IMG/VR virus record: IMGVR_UViG_3300041411_000177
Location: 16,477-80,476 of that record
Direction: 5' to 3' (one strand)
Source of the DNA: a virus
Lineage: Duplodnaviria; Caudoviricetes
Length of the DNA stretch: 64,000 nt
In this document: positions 10,015 through 19,461 of the stretch, piece by piece
Layout: every line of letters starts with the position of its first letter
How positions within the stretch are numbered: position 1 is the stretch's first letter
Program-made: the position numbers and the translations under genes
Notes under the pieces: model-generated
What the model was told of the DNA's origin: nothing
The model's database searches: none
Seen by the model: the letters and a program-made list of their open reading frames with translations, nothing else

Positions 10015-10799
10015 AGCAATACCTTCCTCATGCGATCCAGTGCCTTTGGATATTCTTCAGTCACAGAGGCTGCAACTTCACCCAAAGTGTCTTTCAGTTT
10101 TTTATGCACTTCTGCGCGTTCGTCTTCGTCTTTGATGAACTTGGAAATCGCGCCCATCATGTGGAAGTAAATGTCGGTGAAACCTTGCGCGATCAGTTGC
10201 TGATACGGGCGCATCACAATCGCTTCCAGTTCGGAAACCTGTGCAGAAATATCGCGGGTTGCACGCAGGTCGGCAATCACTTCGCGAATCTGCGAATAGA
10301 TGGTGTTCAACGCATAAACGTCTTTGTTGTAAATGCGATCTTCCATCTGTTCTTCGAGACGTTGAGCAGTCTGAATCAATTGCTCAAAAATACGGCGAGT
10401 TTCCGCATCGTATTCATCGACCGGGGCCGGTAGGTGTACATACTCTTCCACCGCTGCAATCGTGGTGGCCTTGCCTTTGGCTTTCTTCTTCAGCGCTACG
10501 GTGCCCGCAGGCAACGCGAGTTCAGTACGCATGGATTTGGAGCCGGGAAGCAATTCCCCTTCCAACGATTTCTTTTTCTTTTTCTTGATCGGATCTTGGC
10601 CGACTTTGAAAGTGTTGTCTTCGATCACGATTGTTTCGTGTTTTTCGACTTTAACTTTCTTCTTTTTCTTTACGGATGGGCCACGGCCTTCGTCAAGATG
10701 TTTATTGCGGAGCTTACCGCGATCATCAACACTGATTCCGTCGTCATCGCCTCCCCGCACAGTGCGAACTTTCACACCGGAACTTTTCACCTTAGCCAT
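10011..10799 (-). CDS. Hypothetical protein, Lys-rich N-terminus and helical C-terminus
   Basis: 262 aa ORF; poly-Lys runs (K5, K6), then amphipathic helices; SD-like AGGGGG upstream. Confidence 0.8.
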   Translation of the reverse strand: MAKVKSSGVKVRTVRGGDDDGISVDDRGKLRNKHLDEGRGPSVKKKKKVKVEKHETIVIEDNTFKVGQDPIKKKKKKSLEGELLPGSKSMRTELALPAGTVALKKKAKGKATTIAAVEEYVHLPAPVDEYDAETRRIFEQLIQTAQRLEEQMEDRIYNKDVYALNTIYSQIREVIADLRATRDISAQVSELEAIVMRPYQQLIAQGFTDIYFHMMGAISKFIKDEDERAEVHKKLKDTLGEVAASVTEEYPKALDRMRKVLL

Positions 10800-10829
10800 A
10801 CATTCCCCCTAACCGCACCACAAACCGAC

Positions 10830-10852
10830 AAAAGGGGGCGCATGGCCCCCTT
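10830..10852 (-). terminator. Intrinsic terminator
   Basis: AAGGGGGC-CATGC-GCCCCCTTTT on the minus strand, after the stop at 10871. Confidence 0.75.
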
Positions 10853-10870
10853 CTGAATTTCCAGCTTTTG

Positions 10871-11719
10871 TTAGAAGAAAACGTGAGCGCGAACGCGGGT
10901 CATGAATTCTTCGAAGAACGCCGGACGACGGGCATAAACGCGGCTGTAGAAAGCAGCGAAACGGTCAACGTCGGCAGCGGATGCAACGGCGATGGAATCT
11001 TGAATTTCTTCTTCGCCTTCCAGTTCCAGCGCGCCAGCGGTAACAACGATCATTTCACGGTGAACGGTTTCGGTCTGGCCGTTCGGACGCACAACGAAAA
11101 TTTCCGGAGTTGGCGAACCGTCTTCGTGGTCGATGGAAGCGCAGGCAATACCCATCTGCATGTCGCAGGATTGCTGCGAAACGTAGGTGATCAAATCACC
11201 ACCTTCAACCATGGCGCGATCCTGCGAGGATTGCAGGTGCAGGTTTTTGTTGTTGAAGTCGTTCAGGTCGGTTTTTGCAACGGCCAGCAATTGTTGCATT
11301 ACCAGCGTGTCGTCGGCGCAAATGGATTTAACCATTACTTCACCGGTTGCGGTTTTGCGCAGAGTCCACAGATTTTCTTCTGCGTCCATGTACATGTTGG
11401 CCGCGACGGCTTTGTAGTTCGGGCGATTGCCTTCGTTCACAACAACGCGTTCCGAAACGACGCCGACGATACCTTCGAAGTGGTGCAGGGTCGGTTCAGC
11501 AGCGAGCGAAACGAACGAACCGTGAATCGGAGTAACGCCTTTGAATTGCGCTTTGATACCGGCGTAAACTTGTTCAGCAGTTGCGCCAGCAGAAGCAACG
11601 GCGACGATGCGCATGAAACGGTCGTCGATTGGGAATGCTTCGCGAATTTCCACTTTGGTTACTGCGGTCTTGCCGGAAGTAACCAGAGCATCACGGGCTT
11701 TGGTAGCATTGAAAGTCAT
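10871..11719 (-). CDS. Hypothetical protein, possibly an abundant virion/head protein
   Basis: 282 aa; strongly biased codons, GGAG SD, own terminator; two AVASA motifs. Confidence 0.75.
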   Translation of the reverse strand: MTFNATKARDALVTSGKTAVTKVEIREAFPIDDRFMRIVAVASAGATAEQVYAGIKAQFKGVTPIHGSFVSLAAEPTLHHFEGIVGVVSERVVVNEGNRPNYKAVAANMYMDAEENLWTLRKTATGEVMVKSICADDTLVMQQLLAVAKTDLNDFNNKNLHLQSSQDRAMVEGGDLITYVSQQSCDMQMGIACASIDHEDGSPTPEIFVVRPNGQTETVHREMIVVTAGALELEGEEEIQDSIAVASAADVDRFAAFYSRVYARRPAFFEEFMTRVRAHVFF

Positions 11720-11746
11720 GTTGGTGTATCTCCAGAGGATGTATGA

Positions 11747-12184
11747 TTAAATTACGAATTGTTTGAGTTCATCGTTCCAGAACTCTTTGAATGCGTCGTG
11801 AAGCACAAAGATAACTTTACCTTTGGTTTCTTCGCTACTGTCTTTCAAATGCGGCGTCATGAAACCATCGGTAATAAGATCACAACCCAGCGCCTTTCCG
11901 AGTTTGCCATCGAGGGCCAAATCGTAGTTGGTGATTGGATCGAGAATATTGGCCCAAGCAGCGGAACCGATAATCGTCGCCCATGCCGAATTGTGCAGCA
12001 GCATGTATTTGGATTTCGCCAAAAGCTGCATGGAAAGATTCAGATTGTTTTCGAGAATGTTTTCGTCCATGAAAACCCCATGCTCCACTGCCTCGGCAAG
12101 CCGATTGAAGTAGTAAGAAGTTTTCAGGGAGTCGCCATCTTTAATACGCTCCAAATTCGCTTCCAAAATATCTTTAACAGTCAT
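11747..12184 (-). CDS. Hypothetical protein
   Basis: ORF track 11747..12361; likely start MTVKDIL at 12184, which avoids overlap with the upstream gene. Confidence 0.65.
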   Translation of the reverse strand: MTVKDILEANLERIKDGDSLKTSYYFNRLAEAVEHGVFMDENILENNLNLSMQLLAKSKYMLLHNSAWATIIGSAAWANILDPITNYDLALDGKLGKALGCDLITDGFMTPHLKDSSEETKGKVIFVLHDAFKEFWNDELKQFVI

Positions 12185-12203
12185 CTTTATGCCCCACGTC
12201 ACG

Positions 12204-13421
12204 TTAAAAGAAATTGCGGAAGAATCCGCCTGTCGATCCACGCCCCGGATACCCCGGTATGCGCGTAAGCGCTGTATTCGAAACCCCAAGGATACCGAAC
12301 GCACGACTTGAATCAATGAAACCACCGCCCACACTACCATCGCCGCCCAATGCACCGGCACGGCCCAGCAGTTTTTTCAGCGGTTTTACTTGGCTTTCGA
12401 TTTGCGCATCAATACGGCCCAATGCACTTTCGATTGCCGGAGTTCGGTCAACGTTTAAGCTGACAGTTTGTCCACCGAAATCAAACGCCAAACTACCCTC
12501 GGCCAAGTTCTGCGAACCCAGCGCGTAAATACAGGAACAGGTCAACCATGCATCGAGCAAAGGCCCTTGCATGTTGGTGCCTGTGAAGTTTGTGATATTC
12601 GGTTGCAGCCCGTTAAAGAAACTCAATCCACGACTGAGATATTCCATGATATCGGATTGCGTATATTCCAGTTCAGGAATGATGTTCGCAACCCGCGCAC
12701 GGTTGATATAGTCCTCAAGCTGTCGGCTAGCCGTCAGGATTTGCGGAGTAATCGCCCACACTTTGTAAGTCATGGTGGTTTTAGCGATCTTACGGGCTGG
12801 GGTGTGATCCACAAGCATCGTTAGAGGGAACATTTGCGGACTACCCACGATTGCAGGCATGTCGATAACGGTGCGTTGCTTCTGACGTTCGACTTTAATT
12901 GCTTTGTCTTCAACGTCCCAATCTGCAAAAACTGTTTTGTTGTTGTAGTACAAAGAAACAGTCAGCAAATCGCCTTCTTTTCCTTTCTTCGCGGTAATGC
13001 CAGCAGCCAAGTCCGCTTTCTTCGCGGCGACCGGTGGTTTGTACGCAACAGGCACACTCAATTGCATGCGCGTGTCACGTCCGCAAATAATCACTACGTC
13101 AGATTCACGCCCAATGCTCGCCGGTTCAACCGTGATTTTAGAACGTGCCTGATATTGCCCGGTATCGCTTTCGAATGTCCAGCGCGCAACCAGTTCAACC
13201 GATTCGCGCAGGTTCATATTCGGGATTGGTAGATCCGCGATCCAATGGCCGGGCATGCTTTGATACGGCTTTGCATAAACCTCTGCAATTACCGATTTGT
13301 CTACGTCGAATAATCGAACGAGCGGTGCCGGAGTATTTTCCGTGGGAATTACCGGATCGTCAAAGTCATCGAAAAACTCTTCGGTGATTGTGCAGGTTGA
13401 GCCTTCGTGAACGGTACTCAT
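12204..13421 (-). CDS. Probable head-tail adaptor/neck protein
   Basis: C-terminal YTQSDIMEYLSRGLSFFN...AFDFGGQTVSLNVDRT..I resembles myophage neck/adaptor proteins, recognised from memory; N-terminal beta-rich extension. Confidence 0.55.
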   Translation of the reverse strand: MSTVHEGSTCTITEEFFDDFDDPVIPTENTPAPLVRLFDVDKSVIAEVYAKPYQSMPGHWIADLPIPNMNLRESVELVARWTFESDTGQYQARSKITVEPASIGRESDVVIICGRDTRMQLSVPVAYKPPVAAKKADLAAGITAKKGKEGDLLTVSLYYNNKTVFADWDVEDKAIKVERQKQRTVIDMPAIVGSPQMFPLTMLVDHTPARKIAKTTMTYKVWAITPQILTASRQLEDYINRARVANIIPELEYTQSDIMEYLSRGLSFFNGLQPNITNFTGTNMQGPLLDAWLTCSCIYALGSQNLAEGSLAFDFGGQTVSLNVDRTPAIESALGRIDAQIESQVKPLKKLLGRAGALGGDGSVGGGFIDSSRAFGILGVSNTALTRIPGYPGRGSTGGFFRNFF

Positions 13422-14323
13422 TCCACAACCCCTTGAGACAGTTTTACAACCAGCGTCTCAATATCTTGCAATGCGGATTCTTCCAAAGGCAGCAGCGCGG
13501 CTAGGCCAGCTTCCTCGGGTTCGATTTGGTTTTGCACATAACGCAGAATGAATTCGCGGATTTGATCCTGCGCTTCACCTTCGTACTGTGCGTAATACTT
13601 ACTGCGTCGGCGCATTGGCAAATTCGGTGCAATAAAGCGGACGTAATATTCGATGAATTTCGGCGTCCATTCTACGTGCAGCAAATCTGGCATTCGCTTC
13701 CAGAAATCCAGAACGTATTTCCAATCCTCCATCGCCGTATAAAACATGGCGCGAGGAATATTCTGGTACAGGAGTTTTCCAGCAGTTGATTCAACACCAC
13801 CCGTGTAACCGTTCATTTGCCGGATAATCGCTTTCGTGTATCCGCCTGCAATGTCGTACAAAAACCGTTGATCACGTTCCATCATTTGCTGCATGCGCGC
13901 ACGTGTCAGAATATGCAACGGTATCGAAATGCTAATGAAATCTGCGGACTGATTATCAGCGGTTCCCCAAATGGCGGTGTAGCCACGCATCCACGTCGAA
14001 TGCTTGACGGTTTTCACGTCAGCATTATTCCGTAGCGTCCGGGCGAACGTGAACACTAGGCCAGTGCGCCGGACTTCCTGCGGGGGATAATCGACAAGCC
14101 CCACGCTCATGTTGTTGTACATCGACCAGATGTTCACCAACGTAAACGAGGTTTTAAAGATGAACGCCATCGGCGTTTTCTTCAGTGATTCTTCGACATA
14201 ATCGAGAACCATTTTAATGTCGATCAAATAACGGTCGGTGTTGTAGGTGGTGATGTAGTTATCGCCGCCACGGGGCCAAGCCGAAAGACGAAAATCTAAC
14301 GGCTTGGAAATGAAGTAGTGCAA
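13418..14323 (-). CDS. Hypothetical protein
   Basis: 301 aa ORF, TTG start directly after the upstream stop. Confidence 0.75.
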   Translation of the reverse strand: MHYFISKPLDFRLSAWPRGGDNYITTYNTDRYLIDIKMVLDYVEESLKKTPMAFIFKTSFTLVNIWSMYNNMSVGLVDYPPQEVRRTGLVFTFARTLRNNADVKTVKHSTWMRGYTAIWGTADNQSADFISISIPLHILTRARMQQMMERDQRFLYDIAGGYTKAIIRQMNGYTGGVESTAGKLLYQNIPRAMFYTAMEDWKYVLDFWKRMPDLLHVEWTPKFIEYYVRFIAPNLPMRRRSKYYAQYEGEAQDQIREFILRYVQNQIEPEEAGLAALLPLEESALQDIETLVVKLSQGVVE

Positions 14324-15460
14324 TTACTTCAGCGTCAGGCTGTAGGAATGCACGTTCTGATCAATGCTACGCAGCGACCGAACGTAACCCTTTTTCAACA
14401 GCGCTTTAATCCCAGGAATGCTGTCGAAGATTCGGATAACCTGCGCCTGAATCTCACGATCATTGTCAGGGAATTCCAGAATAACTTCGTTGCCTTCCAC
14501 GGTAACGCCGGACACACCTTCGATTGCGGAAAGGCGTGTGGTGACTTCGGTCGCATCGAGGTCGAGGTCTGCTTTTGCAGCAAACATCACAACGTCATGG
14601 CGAGCGATTTCACGGTCGATATCTTTCGCGAAGTTCTTCGCAATTGCCGCCGTGTTTTCGCCTTTGATTTCGGTGCCGAGGTTGTACAGATACGGCAGCG
14701 CCACGCGATCCAGAATGTTCACGTAGGTGCGAATGGCGAATGCGCTTTCGGTTGGTTCGAGTCGTGCAGTAATCACGACGACCAGCGCTTTGTGGAAACC
14801 TTCGCTGAAATTGCGCCAGTGCGTTACGTCGCAGTTCAGTACGAAATCAATCGAGCCATCTTTCGAACCGATGTTGAGGTAGTAGGCAAGTTCGTCTTCC
14901 GCTTCGTCACCTTCAGCACGATTTTCAACGTGGGTTTTTTCCACACCGTCGAAATACTTCTGAATGCGTTTGAACAGGTCGCCCACTTCGTCAGGAATTG
15001 CGCTGTCGGACATTTCGGACATTGCGTGCAGCGCTTCGGCGTAGACTTCAGCCAGCGCGTTACGGTTTTTGATCATGTCTTTTACAAGCGCTTTCATGCC
15101 TGCGTTTTCGGTGGCACTGCACTTGTCGATAATGGCATCGAGTTCGTCAATGGAACCGCGCATTTCCAACGCATCGAGGTTCTTTTGCAGCTGGCGCGGG
15201 CCGGGCACCTTGACCTTTTGAACAGTCAGGCCGAAGCCAGTAGAACCTGCGCCTTTGCCGCCATCAGAACCGCCGCGCACTTCACGGACTTTAACCGATG
15301 ATGCCGTGGCGACGTTCGAGCGAAAAGCCTTGCCGAAGAAAATACGCAACAGGCTGGTGAATTTCGACAGCAGACGGCGGTAGGAACTTTTCCGTTTGTT
15401 GTAGTATTTCGCAGCCTGTTCCGGCGTCATACGCTGGATGAAACTCAGGTCTTGGTTCAT
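14324..15460 (-). CDS. Hypothetical protein (possible virion protein)
   Basis: 378 aa ORF abutting both neighbours; VATAS motif near the N-terminus. Confidence 0.8.
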   Translation of the reverse strand: MNQDLSFIQRMTPEQAAKYYNKRKSSYRRLLSKFTSLLRIFFGKAFRSNVATASSVKVREVRGGSDGGKGAGSTGFGLTVQKVKVPGPRQLQKNLDALEMRGSIDELDAIIDKCSATENAGMKALVKDMIKNRNALAEVYAEALHAMSEMSDSAIPDEVGDLFKRIQKYFDGVEKTHVENRAEGDEAEDELAYYLNIGSKDGSIDFVLNCDVTHWRNFSEGFHKALVVVITARLEPTESAFAIRTYVNILDRVALPYLYNLGTEIKGENTAAIAKNFAKDIDREIARHDVVMFAAKADLDLDATEVTTRLSAIEGVSGVTVEGNEVILEFPDNDREIQAQVIRIFDSIPGIKALLKKGYVRSLRSIDQNVHSYSLTLK

Positions 15461-16459
15461 TTAGGATTCCATGATTGTGTTGAGTTTGTCTTTTTCTGTT
15501 TTGCCGACGTTCAGCAATTTCGTCAGCTTGTTCAGGGATCGCACATCGTAGATTTTCCGCTTACCTACGATAAAGGAAATCATGAAATTGTTTCCGTACT
15601 GCGACACGCGGTGGATGATATCAGTATTCGGCAAATCAACCGCACGCTTGAGGTACGGTAGAACCTGCGTCAGAAACTTATTGATATCTTCCGGCTTCAC
15701 AAATGGTTTCAACACGACGTTTAAGCGGTCGTCGGTTACATCAACGCTTTTCACCAGTTTGGAAGCGAGCAATTTATCGTCTTTCGGCACCGGTTTGTCG
15801 ATGTATTCGAAATCAGAAAGATTGCCCTTGATAAACGTCTGCACATCCTTTGCCGAATCAACGGCGGTTTCTTCGGACAATACAAACGGGGTATCTGGAA
15901 TAGCGATACGGTACTGGCCGCCGTACATTGTGAGCTTGACGGTGATAGGGCCAGAAACAAAACCGTTTTTATCCTGCACGCCATTGTCTGTCCGGAAACA
16001 AATCATTTGATAGCCCGGCAAACGAATATGCAGCTGCGTGGTGTGGCTGATCTTTGAAAGGAAACTATAAACAATTTCCGATAGGTAATTCAGATGCTTG
16101 TCCATTCGCGGGGAACAAACACTATCAATCAAATCCATCAGTGTTTTCTGGAAGGCGCGAATGGTCTGTTGTTGCACGGCAATCATGTGGAAACAGCGAT
16201 CACGTTTCGAATCGCTGAACTCTTGCGCAACCGAACGCGCACAACGGAGTTCCACTAATGAATCGACGCAGAATGTCAGAGCTTCCACACCATCGGATAC
16301 TTTGAGGAATGACAGCTTCTTTTGGTTAAATTTCGAAACCAAAACGCTGGTAGCCGTGTTGATCCGGGTTAATACCGTTACGACTTCGTTAGCGTTTCGG
16401 GCATTTTTCAAATCAATGATATTTGGGTTATCATCAATGTATTTTGATTGTATTTGCAA
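15461..16459 (-). CDS. Hypothetical protein
   Basis: 332 aa ORF abutting the downstream gene. Confidence 0.78.
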   Translation of the reverse strand: MQIQSKYIDDNPNIIDLKNARNANEVVTVLTRINTATSVLVSKFNQKKLSFLKVSDGVEALTFCVDSLVELRCARSVAQEFSDSKRDRCFHMIAVQQQTIRAFQKTLMDLIDSVCSPRMDKHLNYLSEIVYSFLSKISHTTQLHIRLPGYQMICFRTDNGVQDKNGFVSGPITVKLTMYGGQYRIAIPDTPFVLSEETAVDSAKDVQTFIKGNLSDFEYIDKPVPKDDKLLASKLVKSVDVTDDRLNVVLKPFVKPEDINKFLTQVLPYLKRAVDLPNTDIIHRVSQYGNNFMISFIVGKRKIYDVRSLNKLTKLLNVGKTEKDKLNTIMES

Positions 16460-16511
16460 TGCACGTACACCCGAATGTGTGGATATACAATTAAATTATG
16501 GTCTAGATAGC

Positions 16512-16551
16512 AAAAAACCCGCCACTCCTTTTACAGAGAGACGGGTTTTTT
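16512..16551 (-). terminator. Intrinsic (possibly bidirectional) terminator
   Basis: AAAAAACCCG...CGGGTTTTTT inverted repeat, 27 nt after the stop of the histone-like gene. Confidence 0.85.
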
Positions 16552-16577
16552 GTTTGAATCAAACTACGAATCGCTTA

Positions 16578-17978
16578 TTAGGCGAAACGAGCTTTTGGTA
16601 CTGCGCCACCGGTTTTCTTGGCCGGTTTAGCAGCGGCGGCTTTGGCGCTAGGCGCTTTAGCTGCTGGTTTTTTCGCGGCTGCTTTAGCTGCTGGTTTTTT
16701 GGCAGCCGGTTTAGCGGCGGCTTTCTTTTCAGCGGCTTTTGCAGGTGCGGCTTCAGCTTTTGCCTTTGCAGGGCGACCGCGTTTCTTCGGTGCTACTGCT
16801 GGTGCAGCTTCGGCTTTCGCTTTAGCTGGACGACCACGTTTTTTCGGAGCATCAGCGGCTGGTGCGGCTGGTGCTTCTTTTTTCGCGGCGGCTTTTTTGC
16901 TTGGAGCTTTCTTCGCCGGAGCGGCTTCAGCTTTCGGCTTGTTTTTCACGCCAGCCGGACGACCGCGTTTTTTCGCTGGTGCTGCTTCAGCGGCTGCTTC
17001 TTTTGCTTTGGCAGGACGACCGCGCTTTTTCGGAGCGGTTGCAGCCGGTGCAGCTTCAGCAGGTTTTGCTTTTGCAGGACGACCGCGTTTCTTCGGAGCA
17101 GTGGCCGGGGCAGCTTCAGCGGCAGCAGGTTTTGCTTTAGCTGGACGACCACGTTTTTTCGGTGCAGGTGCTTCAGCGGCTGCTTCTTTCACCTTGGCCG
17201 GACGACCACGTTTCTTTGGAGCGGCAGCAGGGGCAGCGGCAGGCGCGGCAGCAGCTGGTGCTTTAGGTGCCTTTTTGGAAACACCACCGGCTGCTTTTTT
17301 GGCTGCTGGTTTTGCATTACCGAAATGCTTGGCTGCGATGCGTGCAACACCTTCTTTTGCCGCTTTCGCGCCGATATCAACCAGACGTTTGCCTTGGGTG
17401 CTGATCGGTTTGGCTTTGAAGTTGCTGATCAGGGACTTCAGGGAGAATTTACCCTTTGGTTTGATTTTCGCCATGGCCTTTTTGTGGTTGGCAGCAGCTT
17501 TGGTACGCTCACCGGCGAGGTTCTTACGCTCGTTGGCGTAGCGGCTTTTTTCTGCTTGACGCATCGCGGCGCGTTTGGCTGGCGGCACTTTTGCAGAACG
17601 AATCTTGCTCAGTGCTTTCTGGTGCGATGCTTGCAGACCCAGCGATTTTTTCCGGATTTGTTCACGGATTTGACGCTGTGCAGCAGTCACTTCGCGCTTC
17701 TGACCAGCAGCGTGCGAACCGGCTTGGCGATGCTTGCGGCGTTTTTTCCACGCCATTACCACTTTCTTCGCTTCGGCTTCAGTTGCACCGTGGCGCATGG
17801 CCTTGGTGAAAATCTGGCGAGCGTGGAACTTCAGCTTTTCAGCCGGAGTCATGGTTTTGTAACGCTGCTTAGCAGCCTTGTTCAGCTTGTGTTTGTTCTT
17901 CCGGCGATAGACCTTGCTTTCTTTCCGAGCTTTCAAAGCCTCGGGGCCTTTCGCCTTCTGGACGGTTTTCATGACCAT
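16578..17978 (-). CDS. Histone H1/AlgP-like DNA-binding protein with 7 AT-hooks
   Basis: Seven KKRGRP motifs in Ala/Pro/Lys linkers; KPAA repeats; basic helical N-terminal half; GAGG SD; terminator follows. Confidence 0.85.
   Translation of the reverse strand: MVMKTVQKAKGPEALKARKESKVYRRKNKHKLNKAAKQRYKTMTPAEKLKFHARQIFTKAMRHGATEAEAKKVVMAWKKRRKHRQAGSHAAGQKREVTAAQRQIREQIRKKSLGLQASHQKALSKIRSAKVPPAKRAAMRQAEKSRYANERKNLAGERTKAAANHKKAMAKIKPKGKFSLKSLISNFKAKPISTQGKRLVDIGAKAAKEGVARIAAKHFGNAKPAAKKAAGGVSKKAPKAPAAAAPAAAPAAAPKKRGRPAKVKEAAAEAPAPKKRGRPAKAKPAAAEAAPATAPKKRGRPAKAKPAEAAPAATAPKKRGRPAKAKEAAAEAAPAKKRGRPAGVKNKPKAEAAPAKKAPSKKAAAKKEAPAAPAADAPKKRGRPAKAKAEAAPAVAPKKRGRPAKAKAEAAPAKAAEKKAAAKPAAKKPAAKAAAKKPAAKAPSAKAAAAKPAKKTGGAVPKARFA
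16765..17225 (-). repeat. Tandem coding repeats, seven copies of (P/A)KKRGRPA
   Basis: Degenerate DNA repeats such as GGACGACCACGTTT / GGGCGACCGCGTTT on the plus strand. Confidence 0.9.
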
Positions 17979-18090
17979 CGTAGGAATCCTCGATTAAGAT
18001 GTGTGTAGTTGGCTTAATCGTAGCGCCACGATGCGTACCAACTAAGAATAAATTAGTATTATCGGAATTAATTAAAAATTCCGGTACACG

Positions 18091-19140
18091 TCAGGAGAAC
18101 CCAAGGGCATTTTTGGCTGCCTTTACCTCTTTCATCGTCCATTTGATTTCTTTTAAATCCAAACCTTCTGCACCGAGAAATGCTTCCAATCCGAATTCAG
18201 GGTCAATATCCGCCCGTTCGATTTTAATTGTTTCTATTTCCGAATTATCAATGGCTTTACCGCCAGTCCAGTGAATGCCCCCGGTAATGTTCGGGTATTG
18301 CAGCATTAGGTCGGCAGGCATTGGCACTTCAGGATCGAAATGCAGCTTATAACGGATATTCGAATCGTGCTTCAGTTTCTTCAGGTCATTGAGGTCATTA
18401 ATTGCGAGATTAATCAGGGTAAATCCCGGTTTATTCTCGACGAATTTATGTTCCACTTCGACCTTATCCCCAACCAATGAGACACGTGCATGCACGAACC
18501 CTTTAGGCAGAGCTTCACCGAAATTCTTTTGAAACGGATTACCGCAATAAACCGCCCGCTTCGCTTTCATGTATTGGTATTGATGTATATGTCCGCTGAT
18601 CGTGAAATCGTTTTTATGCGAAACCAATTCATGCTTTGTTTTCAGCGTGCGCCCGTTGTCACCGATTGCCCCAGTATATTCCACGTGAGCAACGTTCAAC
18701 GCACCCTGTTTCTTCGACAGGGTTTTCAGGCACGGGTAAGGCAGCAGATTGACCGGCACACCTTCGATTTCAATGCGCTCTGCTTTCAATACGATTTTGA
18801 GGTTTTTGAATGCGCGAGTCTTGCTCAGACGATACATGAAATTCATCGACATTTTCTCGACGTTTTCAAAGTCGTGATTGCCCGCCACGTAAATGATGGT
18901 CAGCAGCTTGTCGTATTTGTAGAACAGATTAAATAGTTTGGTGTAGGTATCGAATGGCAGATCCGGATTATCGGTAATGTCGCCCGGAATAATCAGGTAT
19001 TTAATACCGTTATTCAAAGCGTACTGCATGATCTTTTCACCCTCGGCCAGAATGCGATCATCGCCATCCGAGAAATGTTTATTCAGGCCGGTCAGGTGCC
19101 AGTCGCTGGTGAATACCGCATCGAACGAAGGATTTGCCAC
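18091..19140 (-). CDS. sbcD: SbcD/Mre11/gp47-like metallophosphoesterase nuclease
   Basis: SDWHL, PGDITD, AGNHDF, AHVE and SGHIHQ motifs. Confidence 0.9.
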   Translation of the reverse strand: MANPSFDAVFTSDWHLTGLNKHFSDGDDRILAEGEKIMQYALNNGIKYLIIPGDITDNPDLPFDTYTKLFNLFYKYDKLLTIIYVAGNHDFENVEKMSMNFMYRLSKTRAFKNLKIVLKAERIEIEGVPVNLLPYPCLKTLSKKQGALNVAHVEYTGAIGDNGRTLKTKHELVSHKNDFTISGHIHQYQYMKAKRAVYCGNPFQKNFGEALPKGFVHARVSLVGDKVEVEHKFVENKPGFTLINLAINDLNDLKKLKHDSNIRYKLHFDPEVPMPADLMLQYPNITGGIHWTGGKAIDNSEIETIKIERADIDPEFGLEAFLGAEGLDLKEIKWTMKEVKAAKNALGFS

Positions 19141-19149
19141 GGGTTATTC

Positions 19150-19434
19150 CTATTTACGTTTCCACGACAGGTCTAATTCGTATCCGAGTTTGGCAGCAAT
19201 CCCGATTAACACATCGAGGTCAGCCTCTGCCAATTTATCGCATTCATCTTCGGGAACAGAGTCGTGAAAATATGGAGTGAGTTCGCGATTTAATGGGCCG
19301 CCCATACGCAGGTACTGGCCTTGCACAAACAATTTGATTCGTGCGCGTTTTTTGTGGTGCGGAATGCCCTTGAGCATGGGCCGTGCCTGCCGCTCTAATT
19401 CGTTGAGAATAATAGCGCACAGTTCGCGTCTCAT
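19150..19434 (-). CDS. Hypothetical protein, possible degenerate XRE-HTH
   Basis: ORF track start 19455; likely start MRRELC at 19434; C-terminal LDVLIGIAAKLGYELDL resembles HTH_37 tails. Confidence 0.6.
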   Translation of the reverse strand: MRRELCAIILNELERQARPMLKGIPHHKKRARIKLFVQGQYLRMGGPLNRELTPYFHDSVPEDECDKLAEADLDVLIGIAAKLGYELDLSWKRK

Positions 19435-19437
19435 CTT

Positions 19438-19446
19438 ATTTACAGT
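19438..19446 (-). promoter_or_regulatory. ACTGTAAAT motif
   Basis: Exact copy, co-oriented, upstream of 19150..19434 and sbcD. Confidence 0.55.
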
Positions 19447-19461
19447 ATGGTGCATGGCGGC

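Noticed and set aside
16098-18008. Plus-strand ORFs 16098..18008 and 16618..17541 (Ala/Phe/Gly repeats)
   Set aside because: Reverse complement of the AT-hook repeat gene; the terminator and SD support the minus-strand gene
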